Shown one piece after another: positions 17,471-26,343 of a DNA stretch of 37,030 nt (positions within the stretch are counted from its first letter, which is position 1; each line of letters starts with the position of its first letter). This stretch comes from Sandaracinaceae bacterium (GTDB taxonomy: Bacteria > Myxococcota_A > Polyangia > Polyangiales > Sandaracinaceae). The position numbers were made by a program, and so were the translations under genes. Location: contig JBGAQA010000066.1 in assembly GCA_044220955.1 (NCBI GenBank), positions 1 to 37,030 on the forward strand. The letters run 5' to 3'. The notes below the pieces were generated by a model that did no database searches, was not told the origin of the DNA, and saw nothing but the letters and a program-made list of their open reading frames with translations.

Positions 17471-17980
17471 ATGTCGAGCGCTCTGCACCTCCGCGTCGTC
17501 CTGGCCCTCGTCCTGCTCGCCGGCTGCGGCGGCGGCACCGCGAGCGGTGACGGCGGCGCGAGCGGCTCGGCGCTGGTCGGGACGTGGGGAAACACCACCT
17601 GCTACGCGTTCTGCACCGCGCCCGACTGCGGCACCTGCGACAACGCGATCACCTTCTCCGCCGACGGCAGGTACGCGGGGACGAGCAGCTTCGTGAACAG
17701 CACGTCCAACACGAGCTATCCCGGCTGCACGATCACCACCGCCTACACCGGCTACACGTGGTCGGCCACGGCGAGCACCTTCGACGTCGTGGTCGGGGCC
17801 AGCGCGGGCGAGACCGTCGCGCGCGCTGGCTGCATGAACGCGTCCGACGAGCAGCCCGCGACGCCCGAGCCCACGTTCGACCCCGCGAACCTCGCGTTCT
17901 CGGGCGCGCCCTACGCGATCACCGGCGCGACGCTGACGCTCGGGACCGGCGCGAGCGCCGTGACGTACACCCGCCGCTGA
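17471..17980 (+). CDS. Hypothetical lipoprotein (possible beta-barrel/lipocalin-like)
   Basis: LVLLAG-C lipobox; LVGTW; ITFSADGRY; ends YTRR. Confidence 0.75.
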   Translation: MSSALHLRVVLALVLLAGCGGGTASGDGGASGSALVGTWGNTTCYAFCTAPDCGTCDNAITFSADGRYAGTSSFVNSTSNTSYPGCTITTAYTGYTWSATASTFDVVVGASAGETVARAGCMNASDEQPATPEPTFDPANLAFSGAPYAITGATLTLGTGASAVTYTRR

Positions 17981-18011
17981 CGCGCGTCGGGGCTTGCGCC
18001 CCGGATCGCCG

Positions 18012-18045
18012 TGGTAAGGTCCGCCCGCGTTTCGGCAGGCAGGAG
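18012..18045 (+). promoter_or_regulatory. Extended -10 and RBS of lpdA
   Basis: TGG-TAAGGT (-10 at 18015-18020); AGGAG at 18041-18045 before ATG 18056. Confidence 0.4.
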
Positions 18046-18055
18046 CGGACCAGAC

Positions 18056-19471
18056 ATGGCGAACAAGACGTACGACGCGATCGTGATCGGTGGTGGCCCG
18101 GGCGGATACGTCGCCGCGATCCGGCTCGGACAGCTGGGCGTCAAGACGCTCGTCGTCGAGAAGGAGTACATGGGCGGCGTCTGCCTCAACTGGGGCTGCA
18201 TCCCGAGCAAGGCGCTCATCGCCGCGTCCAACTTCTACGAGAAGGCCACGCACGGCGCGGCCACGATGGGCGTGGTGATCCAGGGCGCGAGCGTCGACGT
18301 GCCGAAGATGCAGGAGTGGAAGGCCGGCATCGTCAAGAAGCTCACCGGTGGCGTCAGCACCCTGGTGAAGGGCGCGGGCGGCGAGATCCTGATGGGCACG
18401 GCGCGCTTCACCGGGCCGAGGACGCTCGAGGTCACGAAGGCCGACGGGTCCAAGGAGACCGTCGAGGCCAAGAAGGGAATCGTCGTCGCCACCGGCGCGA
18501 CGCCGATCGCGATCCCCTCGCTGCCGATCGACGGCAAGGTCGTCATCACCGCGCGGGAGGCCGTCTCGCTCCAGGCGGCCAAGGGCACGATGGTGCTCGT
18601 CGGCGGCGGCGTGATCGGGATGGAGCTCGGGATGGTCTACCAGAAGCTCGGCATGAAGGTGATCGTCGTCGAGCTCCTCGAGCAGCTGCTCGGCGCGACC
18701 GATCTCGATCTGGTGAAGGTCGTCGAGAAGGCGTTCACGAAGGCCGGCGGCGAGGTGCTCTACAAGACCAAGGCGCAAGGGGTGAAGGTCGCGGGCGAGA
18801 AGGCGACCGTCACGGTCGAGCTGCCGGACGGCAAGACGCGCGAGCTCGAGGCAGACCGCGTGCTCGTGGCGGTCGGCTTCAAGCCCAACGGCAAGGGCCT
18901 CGGGCTCGAGGAGCTGGGCGTGAAGCTCGACGCGCGAGGCCACGTGCTCACGGACGAGCGGTGCGAGACGAACGTGAAGGGCATCTACGCCATCGGCGAC
19001 GTCACGGGCATGCCGTACCTCGCGCACCGCGCCAGCAAGGACGGCGAGATCTGCGCCGAGGTGATCGCGGGCCACAAGGCGGCCAAGGACTACCGTGCGA
19101 TGCCCGCGGCCATCTTCACCGAGCCCGAGATCGCCACCGTCGGCATGAGCGAGAAGGAGTGCGCCGCCGCGGGCCGCAAGGTCAAGATCGGCAAGTTCCC
19201 GTTCTCGGCGAGCGGCCGCGCGATGGCCGTGATGCACACCGAGGGCTTCATCAAGAGCATCGTCGACGCCGAGACGCACGAGGTGCTCGGCGTCGGCATC
19301 GTCGGCCCCGAGGCGAGCGACCTCATCAGCGAGGCCGCGCTCGCCCTCGAGATGTGCGCGTACGCCGAGGACGTGCACCTGACCGTGCACCCGCACCCGA
19401 CGCTCGGTGAGGCGATGATGGAGAGCTTCAAGCACGCGCTGAAGGAAGCGATCCACATCCCGAACCGCTGA
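18056..19471 (+). CDS. lpdA: Dihydrolipoyl dehydrogenase (E3)
   Basis: GGGPGGYVAAIR, GGVCLNWGCIPSK redox disulfide, GGGVIGME, YAIGD, HPHPTLGE. Confidence 0.98.
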   Translation: MANKTYDAIVIGGGPGGYVAAIRLGQLGVKTLVVEKEYMGGVCLNWGCIPSKALIAASNFYEKATHGAATMGVVIQGASVDVPKMQEWKAGIVKKLTGGVSTLVKGAGGEILMGTARFTGPRTLEVTKADGSKETVEAKKGIVVATGATPIAIPSLPIDGKVVITAREAVSLQAAKGTMVLVGGGVIGMELGMVYQKLGMKVIVVELLEQLLGATDLDLVKVVEKAFTKAGGEVLYKTKAQGVKVAGEKATVTVELPDGKTRELEADRVLVAVGFKPNGKGLGLEELGVKLDARGHVLTDERCETNVKGIYAIGDVTGMPYLAHRASKDGEICAEVIAGHKAAKDYRAMPAAIFTEPEIATVGMSEKECAAAGRKVKIGKFPFSASGRAMAVMHTEGFIKSIVDAETHEVLGVGIVGPEASDLISEAALALEMCAYAEDVHLTVHPHPTLGEAMMESFKHALKEAIHIPNR

Positions 19472-19518
19472 GCGGTGCGGCGAGCGGCGGGCTCGGCGCC
19501 GGCCAACGGATACGCAAG

Positions 19519-19890
19519 ATGCCCACGCCCAGCGCACGCGAGCGGTTCACGGCGCTCGACTGGATCGCGGTGGTGCTCGCCGCCGGTGGGGCGCTCGTTC
19601 TGATCGCGCTCGCGCCGGTCGGCGGGAGCTTCGCCGCGATGTACGCCGACTTCGGCGCGGACCTCGAGCTGCCGCTGCTCACGCGCTGCGTGACGTCCGC
19701 GGCGGGACCCCTCGTGCTCGCCGCCCCGCCGATCGCGGCCCTGGCCACCGGGCTCCGGGCGCGTGATCTCGGCGCGCGGCGCGTCGGGATCGTCGTCGCA
19801 TTCGTGCTCGCGCTCGCCGGGATCGCGCTCTGCTTCGTCGGGTACTACCTGCCGCTCTGGGAGGTCGCGGGGGCGATCCGCGCGGAGTGA
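19519..19890 (+). CDS. Small three-TM membrane protein
   Basis: Three hydrophobic segments; loop FAAMYADFGADLELPLLTR. Confidence 0.7.
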   Translation: MPTPSARERFTALDWIAVVLAAGGALVLIALAPVGGSFAAMYADFGADLELPLLTRCVTSAAGPLVLAAPPIAALATGLRARDLGARRVGIVVAFVLALAGIALCFVGYYLPLWEVAGAIRAE

Positions 19891-19923
19891 GCGAGGGTGG
19901 GGGCGAGAGGCGAGGGCGAGAGG

Positions 19924-20019
19924 CGAGGGCGAAAGCGAGGTCGAGGTCGAGGGCGAGGTCGAGAGCGAGAGCGAGAGCGAGGGCGAGAGCGAGAGCGAGA
20001 GCGAGAGCGAGGGCGAGAG
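19924..20019 (+). repeat. Intergenic hexamer microsatellite, 16 x CGA(G/A)(A/G)(G/T)
   Basis: Sixteen in-register hexamers (CGAGAG, CGAGGG, CGAGGT, one CGAAAG) counted directly. Confidence 0.9.
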
Positions 20020-20067
20020 CGTCTCAGCCTGTTGCTCGCCCCCGCCGTGTATTGGCACCCTCCGGGC

Positions 20068-20559
20068 ATGCCTCGCCCGAGCCCGCGACCGACCTTCACG
20101 CTCACGAGCGCGCTCCCGCCTCCCGAGATCCGCAAGCGCGTGAACGAGCTGGTGAAGACCTCGACGCGCCTGCGCGGGATCGCGTTCGACGACCGCATCG
20201 AGCTCGCCATCGGCGGGAGCGAGCACCACTTCTGGTCGCCGCAGGTCGTTGTCCGGATGCGGCCCGAGGGGCAGGGCGCGGTTCTCGAGGCGCGCTTCGG
20301 GCCCGACGCGTACGTCTGGGCGCTCTACCGCTTCCTCTACGGCACGATGATCCTCGTGACGTCGTGGGCGGTGATGTTCGGGCTCGTGCAGTGGTCGCTC
20401 GGTCAGCGCCCGCTCGCGCTGCTCGTCGCGCCGGCGCTCGGCGTCGTCGCCGGGCTCGTCTACGGCGCGTCCTTCGTCGGGCAGGGGCTCGGCTCCGAGC
20501 AGATGTACCTGCTGCGCGCGACGCTCGCGCAGCTCGCCGAGTGCGACGACGCGTCGTAG
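20068..20559 (+). CDS. Two-TM membrane hypothetical protein
   Basis: ATG 20068 (MPRPSPRP); HHFWSPQ, RFGP, two TM helices, GQGLGSEQMYLL. Confidence 0.75.
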   Translation: MPRPSPRPTFTLTSALPPPEIRKRVNELVKTSTRLRGIAFDDRIELAIGGSEHHFWSPQVVVRMRPEGQGAVLEARFGPDAYVWALYRFLYGTMILVTSWAVMFGLVQWSLGQRPLALLVAPALGVVAGLVYGASFVGQGLGSEQMYLLRATLAQLAECDDAS

Positions 20560-20588
20560 CCGGAGCCAGGCGGCAGGCGAGCGCGGGC

Positions 20589-21446
20589 TCAGCGCATCGC
20601 GGGGGCCACGGGGCGCGGCGCACGCCCGACGGTCGCGCCGAGCACGTCGTCCCGGTAGCTCGCGAGCCACACCACGTCTCCCGCGGGACGGGCGCCCACG
20701 CGCACGAGGCGGATCATGAACGCGCTCTCGCCCATCAGGGTCTCGATCACCTCGACGGCGCCGTCGCCGTCCACGTCGACCACGCCGCGCCACGAGAACG
20801 ACGCATCCATCAGCTCCTCGTGCGTCCAGAGCCAGTGCGCCGGGCGCGCGAGCACGACCTCGGCCGTCCCGCCGCCCTCCACACGCGCGAGCGCGGCGAC
20901 GGTCGGCGAGCACCCCATCTCGTCTTCCCCGCACGCAGGGCCCGACACCAGCGCGTAGAGCGAGGTCCCCAGCTCGTAGACGCGCGGTGTCTCCCAGTCG
21001 ATCTCGCCGCGGAGGTGTCCGGCAGTCGCCGCCGCCGCCCGGGCCGCCTCGATCGCGCCCGCGGCGCGCGGGTCCGTCGCAGGGCGGGCCGCCGGCCACG
21101 TGCTCGTCGGTGCCGGCCGCAAGATCGCGAAGAGCGATCCACCCCCACCCGCGCAGCTCCCGCGCACCGGCGCGGCGAGCGCCATCGACGTCTCGCCTTC
21201 GACGTTCTGCACCGCGGTCTGCGCGTACGCCCCGAGCGTGCCGTCGCAGGCCGCGCCGTCGTACGACACGAGGCGGACCGGGACCCCGGCCCCGCCGCCT
21301 GCGTGGTCCGTCGGGCGCGCGAAGACGCCGCCGCCCGCGAGGATGCGGAGGTCGATGCGCGCCGTGGGCTGGGCCCGCGCCCCGACGCCGACCAGCGCGA
21401 GCCCGAGACATCCGAGGACCGCGGACACACTCGCTCTGCTGCGCAC
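20589..21446 (-). CDS. Secreted hypothetical protein with one FG-GAP/DxDxDG-like motif
   Basis: Signal VSAVLGCLGLALVGVGARA-Q; VDVDGDGAVEVI; GTG 21446 follows GGGGGA (start uncertain). Confidence 0.65.
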   Translation of the reverse strand: MRSRASVSAVLGCLGLALVGVGARAQPTARIDLRILAGGGVFARPTDHAGGGAGVPVRLVSYDGAACDGTLGAYAQTAVQNVEGETSMALAAPVRGSCAGGGGSLFAILRPAPTSTWPAARPATDPRAAGAIEAARAAAATAGHLRGEIDWETPRVYELGTSLYALVSGPACGEDEMGCSPTVAALARVEGGGTAEVVLARPAHWLWTHEELMDASFSWRGVVDVDGDGAVEVIETLMGESAFMIRLVRVGARPAGDVVWLASYRDDVLGATVGRAPRPVAPAMR

Positions 21447-21599
21447 GATTCCCCCAGATCGCGTCGACGGCCCGCAGATCACGCGGCGCACGCGAGCGAC
21501 ACGACGAGCGTGCCACGGCGGCACCGGGCGGCGGTAGCGCGGCGGGGCCAGACCATGCACGGGGCGGGCGGGTCAGCGTTCGTGTTAGAAACCCTGCCC

Positions 21600-22319
21600 A
21601 TGGCCGAACGCAGCGAGGGGCTCACGCGCCCGATCATCGCCTCGATCATCACCAGCGCGATCGTCTCGGCGGCGGTGACGCTCGCGATGGCCGAGGGCTG
21701 GCACCTGGTCCCCAACGAGGTGGTCCCGCTGCTCACCAACCTCTCGCTCGACAACGCCTCCGGGCTCTGTGAGAGCAACGGTCTTCGCCTCGTCCATCGC
21801 GGCGAGCGCCACGACCCGAACGTCGCGGCCGGCGCGATCGTCGAGCAGCGCCCGGGCGCCGGCTCCACCGTCCCTCGCGACTCGGAGGTCGCCGTCATCG
21901 TCTCGCTCGGGCCCGATCAGGTCGACGTGCCCGACGTGATCGGGCAGCCCCTCGCCGCGGCGCGCTCGCGCATCACGAGCGCCGGCCTCGTCGTCGGCGC
22001 GGTCGAAGAGGCGGAGGGTGCCGGCACGCCCGGCCTCGTGAACGCCACGTCGCCCGGACCCGGCGAGCACGCCGAGCGAGGCAGCACCGTGCGCATCTCC
22101 GTCGTCGCGGCGTCGCGGCAGATCGCCGTGCCCGACGTGACGGGTCAGCGCCAGAGCCTGGCGCGCGAGGCGCTCACCGCCGCGGGGCTGGTCCCGGGCG
22201 AGCTGCACCACACGTTCAACCCGGATCGTCCGGCGTTCATCATCGTGAGCACCGACCCGCCTGCGGGCACGATGGTCGACCCGGGCGCGACGGTCGCGAT
22301 GACGGTCAACGACGAGTAG
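21600..22319 (+). CDS. Membrane-anchored triple PASTA domain protein
   Basis: N-terminal TM; VVPLLTNLS…EQRPGAG…VSLG, VPDVIGQ…, VPDVTGQ…TDPPAGT repeats. Confidence 0.9.
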   Translation: MAERSEGLTRPIIASIITSAIVSAAVTLAMAEGWHLVPNEVVPLLTNLSLDNASGLCESNGLRLVHRGERHDPNVAAGAIVEQRPGAGSTVPRDSEVAVIVSLGPDQVDVPDVIGQPLAAARSRITSAGLVVGAVEEAEGAGTPGLVNATSPGPGEHAERGSTVRISVVAASRQIAVPDVTGQRQSLAREALTAAGLVPGELHHTFNPDRPAFIIVSTDPPAGTMVDPGATVAMTVNDE

Positions 22320-23679
22320 CGCGGCGCCGACGACGGAGCGCGGCGAGCGCGAGCAGCCCCAGCCCGACCTCGCCGCCGCCACGCTGGGCCGGTCCCCCGA
22401 CGAGCGCGCAGCGGCAGCCGCCCCCGCCGCCGAAGCCGAGCCCGGCCATCGCCTGGGGCGTCGTGCTCGCGTCCATGGCGACGCTCCCCGCGTCGATCGG
22501 CGGGGTGGCCGCGTCCATCGGCCGGGTCGCGTCCGGCGCGCTCGCGGCGTCCGTCGTGCTGCTGGCATCCGGCGCGCTCGCGGCGTCTTCGGGCACGAGC
22601 GCGGCGTCCTCCGGGGTGACCGTCCCGACATCCGCGCCCACGCCGCCGTCGGTCCGCACGTTCGCGTCGGGCGTCGACACGCTCGCGTCGGGCGTCGTCG
22701 TTCCCGCGTCCACGGCGCAGACGTGGTTGAACACGCAGGGCGGGTCACCCGCCGCCGCGCAGGGGTTCGGGTCGCAGGCGTTCTGTGCGCCGTCCCCGTC
22801 GCAGTCACCCTGTGCGCTCGCCCAGTCGAGCGGATCGAAGGCGCAAGTGCTCGCGCAGGCGGCGAGGGCCGTCGCGCGGCACATCGCGACCGGCGCGCCG
22901 AGGGTGGAGCAGGTGCCGAGGCCGCGGCAGTCCGTGTCGCCCGAGCACTGGAGCGTCGCATCGCAGCTCGGGTGGCAGAACGTGAAGGCCGTGGCCGGTG
23001 GGATCGGCGAGCACTCCCAGGGGCCGCGCGCCGAGATCCGCGAGGCGACCGCGCTGCAGGCGGAGCCACCGCCCGAGCAGCGGAGCAGGGGCGCGCACGT
23101 CGAGCTCGTGCCCTCGCAGATGCGCCCCGCCAGACAGAAGGGCGAGGGGCCGCTCGCGACCATCCCCGAGGCGCTCGACGAGCACGGGTCGGCGTCGACG
23201 CCGTTGAGGACCGTGTCGCCGTCGCAGTCGCCCGTCGCCCAGCTCGCGCCGTCGAAGCAGGCACGCACCTGCGCGAGGCTGACCGCTCCGGTCGCGGTCC
23301 CGCAGAGGGTCACCAAGGATCGGCTCGCCCCGTCGTGGTACGTGCAGAGCCCCGTCGCGCCGGGGACCGCCGTCGGCTGGCAGGCGGGGGAGAGGCCGTC
23401 GAAGGTGGGGCAGTCGCTCGGCACGGTGCAGACGAAGAGCGCGCTGCAGTCGGCCGAGCACACTCCGCCACCGCCCGAGCCCGCGCGAAGGCACCGCCCG
23501 AGCCCCATGCCGTAGCACTCCGCGTCGTCGTTGCAGGACGTGGGCGGCGGGCAGGTGACCCCTCCGAGGCCGATGCCGCCGCAGGGCGTGACCTCGGCGG
23601 CGGCCATGGACGGGCCCGTCGCGGCGACGAGCAGGATCGAAGCTGCGAGCGTGCGACGCCACGGCCACCCGAACGGCAT
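22306..23679 (-). CDS. Cys-rich surface protein with MYXO-CTERM-like sorting tail
   Basis: GGAGG RBS before ATG 23679; signal peptide; two GDCDGD..N..D..PC motifs; DA-rich stalk; GGGGCRC…LGLLALAALRRRRR. Confidence 0.85.
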   Translation of the reverse strand: MPFGWPWRRTLAASILLVAATGPSMAAAEVTPCGGIGLGGVTCPPPTSCNDDAECYGMGLGRCLRAGSGGGGVCSADCSALFVCTVPSDCPTFDGLSPACQPTAVPGATGLCTYHDGASRSLVTLCGTATGAVSLAQVRACFDGASWATGDCDGDTVLNGVDADPCSSSASGMVASGPSPFCLAGRICEGTSSTCAPLLRCSGGGSACSAVASRISARGPWECSPIPPATAFTFCHPSCDATLQCSGDTDCRGLGTCSTLGAPVAMCRATALAACASTCAFDPLDWASAQGDCDGDGAQNACDPNPCAAAGDPPCVFNHVCAVDAGTTTPDASVSTPDANVRTDGGVGADVGTVTPEDAALVPEDAASAPDASSTTDAASAPDATRPMDAATPPIDAGSVAMDASTTPQAMAGLGFGGGGGCRCALVGGPAQRGGGEVGLGLLALAALRRRRRATRR

Positions 23680-23721
23680 GCTGGCCTCCGTACGCATCAT
23701 CGTGACAGCAGTCGACGGCGA

Positions 23722-23750
23722 TTGACAGGGCGCAGCGCCGGACGCATGAA
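23722..23750 (+). promoter_or_regulatory. Putative sigma70 promoter of prfB
   Basis: TTGACA (23722-23727)-N17-CATGAA (23745-23750)-N7-ATG 23758. Confidence 0.6.
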
Positions 23751-23757
23751 CGCGCCC

Positions 23758-24898
23758 ATGTCGATGCCCGTCAGCGAGGCCAAGGACCGCCTCTCGGAGC
23801 TCGCTCAGCGCCTCGAGGCGCTGGGGAGGTATCTTTGACGTCGACGGTCTGCGCCACGAGATCGATCGGCTGAACGACCGCACGCTCGCCCCGGGATTCT
23901 GGGACGACGCCGAGGCGGCGCAGAAGCTCGTGCAGGAGAAGGCCGGGCTCGAGGGGACGGTCCACCGCTACGAGAAGGGCAAGAAGGACGCGAAGGATCT
24001 TCGCGAGCTGCTCGACATGGCCGAGGGGGACGAGTCGATCATCGACGAGGTCGTCCAGCAGATCCCCGGGCTCGAGGCGAGCGTCCGGCAGATGGAGGTC
24101 GAGCGCATGCTCGCCGGCAAGGAGGATCGCTCGGATGCGATCCTCGCGATCCACGCCGGCACGGGAGGCCTCGACGCCGAGGACTGGACCACGATCTTGC
24201 AGCGGATGTACCTGCGCTGGGCCGAGAAGAAGGGGTTCAAGACCGAGATCGTCGACCAGACCGACGGCGACGGCGGCGTGAAGGGCACCACCATCGTCGT
24301 GAAGGGCCCCTACGCGTACGGCTACCTTCGCGCCGAGAACGGCGTGCACCGCCTCATCCGGATCTCGCCCTTCGACGCGAACGCGCGCCGGCAGACGGCC
24401 TTCGCGTCGGTCGAGGTCGTGCCGGATCTCGACGACGACGTCGGGGACATCGTCATCAAGCCCGAGGACCTCCAGGTCGACACGTTCCGCGCGGGCGGCA
24501 AGGGCGGCCAGCACGTCAACAAGACGGAGTCGGCGATCCGCATCACGCACATCCCGTCGGGGACCATCGTCGCGTGCCAGGCGGAGCGCAGCCAGCACAA
24601 GAACCGCGCGACCGCGATGAAGATGCTGCGCGGAAAGCTCTACGAGCTCGAGCGCCAGAAGCGGGAGAAGGACTTCGAGGAGGCCTACGGCGTCGACAAG
24701 ATGCAGATCGGGTTCGGCTCGCAGATCCGCACGTACACGATGCAGCCCTATCAGCTCGTGAAGGACGAGCGCACGGAGCACAAGGTCAGCGCGATCCAGA
24801 CGGTGCTCGACGGCGACATCGACGAGTTCATCGAGCGCTACCTGCTGATGTGGGCCGACAAGCGGAAGAAGCAGGAAGAGGCGAAGGCCAAGAACTGA
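23758..24898 (+). CDS. prfB: Peptide chain release factor 2, +1 programmed ribosomal frameshift
   Basis: Short ORF MSMPV…LGRYL, then CTT TGA C (23833-23839) after GGGAGG; +1 frame continues DVDGLR…FWDD…; SPF and GGQ motifs. Confidence 0.98.
23824..23839 (+). other. prfB frameshift cassette (internal SD + CTT TGA C)
   Basis: GGGAGG-TAT-CTT-TGA-C seen directly. Confidence 0.95.
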
Positions 24899-24916
24899 CG
24901 CGGAGCGCGCCGGACC

Positions 24917-25573
24917 TCACGCGAGTCGCGTGATCCGGCTCCACGCCTCGTCGACGACCGGCCCGTACTCGGGGGAGTCCGGGACCGCGTAGCGCGCGTA
25001 GGCGTAGATCTTCCCGAGCACCTTCGTGTCGTTCGAGCGGGCGATCGCCGCGCGCAGGCTGGCCGGATCCGGCTCGGTGCCGGCGGCCCGGAGCGCCGGC
25101 TCGAGCATCGCGCAGAACCCCTTGCGACCGAGCATTCCGTCGCGCCTCGGATCGAGGTACGCGCCCGTCGCCTCGCCGATGCAGACGAGCTTCTTCTTCT
25201 CGGTGGCGCTCACCCGACCCGGAAGGAACGTCAGCGCCCACAGCGCGGCGCAAGCGTAGGTGGCCAGGCACTCCCAGCGCGTCCAGCTCGAGAAGTCGAC
25301 CTGCTGTCCCCACATGAGCACGAAGGGCATCGCGAAGGTCGCGAGCGCCAGCCAGACGCGCGCATAGCCCAGCAGCACGCTCGAGCCGACCAGCGGCAGG
25401 TCACGCCCCTTGTACTGGACGCGCGTGCCGCCGGGGACGCGGCTGATCTGCATCGAGTGGACGTACATCGAGCGGATCGGGACGAGCGGCACGCCGAGGC
25501 CGAGGAACACCGTGGCCACGAAGTGGCCCTCCACCTCGTCGACCGTTCCCAGCACCGACTCCGTCGACGACAT
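24917..25573 (-). CDS. Membrane hypothetical protein
   Basis: 218-aa ORF, ATVFLGLGVPLVPIRS plus two TM segments; upstream TG-x-TATCCT and GGAG. Confidence 0.75.
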   Translation of the reverse strand: MSSTESVLGTVDEVEGHFVATVFLGLGVPLVPIRSMYVHSMQISRVPGGTRVQYKGRDLPLVGSSVLLGYARVWLALATFAMPFVLMWGQQVDFSSWTRWECLATYACAALWALTFLPGRVSATEKKKLVCIGEATGAYLDPRRDGMLGRKGFCAMLEPALRAAGTEPDPASLRAAIARSNDTKVLGKIYAYARYAVPDSPEYGPVVDEAWSRITRLA

Positions 25574-25625
25574 GTTCTCGAGGTGCTCCGGCGGCAGGAT
25601 ACACGGTCGGCCCGCGGGCCGACGC

Positions 25626-26303
25626 TCACGGGCGCCAGTGCTCGACGCGTCGCTCGAGGGCCAGCAGCGCGCGGGCCGGGACCAGACCGAGCAGGCCGGT
25701 GACGATCAGCACCGCCCAGAGACCCGGCGTGTCGTACGCGATCTGCGCGGCGACGGCGCGAGCCCCGAGCCCCGCGTCGGCGCCGATGACCATGTCGGTG
25801 ACGACCGAGACGACGAGGCCCAGCGCCAGGGCCTGGCGCAGACCGACGAGCAAGGGCGGCACGAGCTCGCGGCTGCGCACGAACCGGAACAGCTGCAGGC
25901 GCGAGGCGCCCATCGCGGCGAGCGCCCGCTCTCGCTCGCCGGCGGGCCGCGCGAGGGCCGCGCTCACGTGGAGCGAGACGGTGAGCGCCGCCGCCCACGC
26001 GACCGCGAGCACCCGGGCGAGCTCGCCGTAGCCGAACGCGAAGCAGAGCAAGGGCACCACGAGCAGCGGCGGGATGGCGCGGAAGAAGTCGAGCGGCGCC
26101 TCGACCGCGTCGCGCGAGCGGGAGGCGGGCACGGCGAGCGCGATGCCCAGCAGAGCGCCGCCGGCGAGGCCGAGCGCCGTGCGGCGGATGGTGGCGGCCA
26201 GGTCCGCGCCGAGCGTGCCGTCGCCGATGGCCGTGGCGAGCGCGCGCAGGATCGCGAGCGGCCCGGCGAGCGCGCGGTGCTGCACGAGGCCTTGGTCGAG
26301 CAC
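25626..26303 (-). CDS. ABC transporter permease, NitT/TauT (SsuC/TauC-like)
   Basis: DFFRAIPP, EAA-like loop ALAAMGASRLQLFRFV, DMVIGADAGLG; the N-terminal TM appears to be missing. Confidence 0.88.
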   Translation of the reverse strand: MLDQGLVQHRALAGPLAILRALATAIGDGTLGADLAATIRRTALGLAGGALLGIALAVPASRSRDAVEAPLDFFRAIPPLLVVPLLCFAFGYGELARVLAVAWAAALTVSLHVSAALARPAGERERALAAMGASRLQLFRFVRSRELVPPLLVGLRQALALGLVVSVVTDMVIGADAGLGARAVAAQIAYDTPGLWAVLIVTGLLGLVPARALLALERRVEHWRP

Positions 26304-26343
26304 CAGCGGCGCGCGGGGCCGCCCCCGGGCCGGCGAGCCGCCG

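Noticed and set aside
19924..20019. Repeat region as a CRISPR array
   Set aside because: Contiguous hexamers with no unique spacers, and no cas genes in the window.
19897..20067. RE/RG-repeat N-terminal extension of the 20068 gene
   Set aside because: It is a translation of the microsatellite; a -10-like element and ATG 20068 give a better start.
21499..21515. TGGCACG motif upstream of the 20589-21446 gene (minus strand)
   Set aside because: The -12 position reads GT rather than GC; too weak to call.
23833..23839. prfB as a frameshifted pseudogene
   Set aside because: Matches the canonical programmed +1 frameshift cassette.
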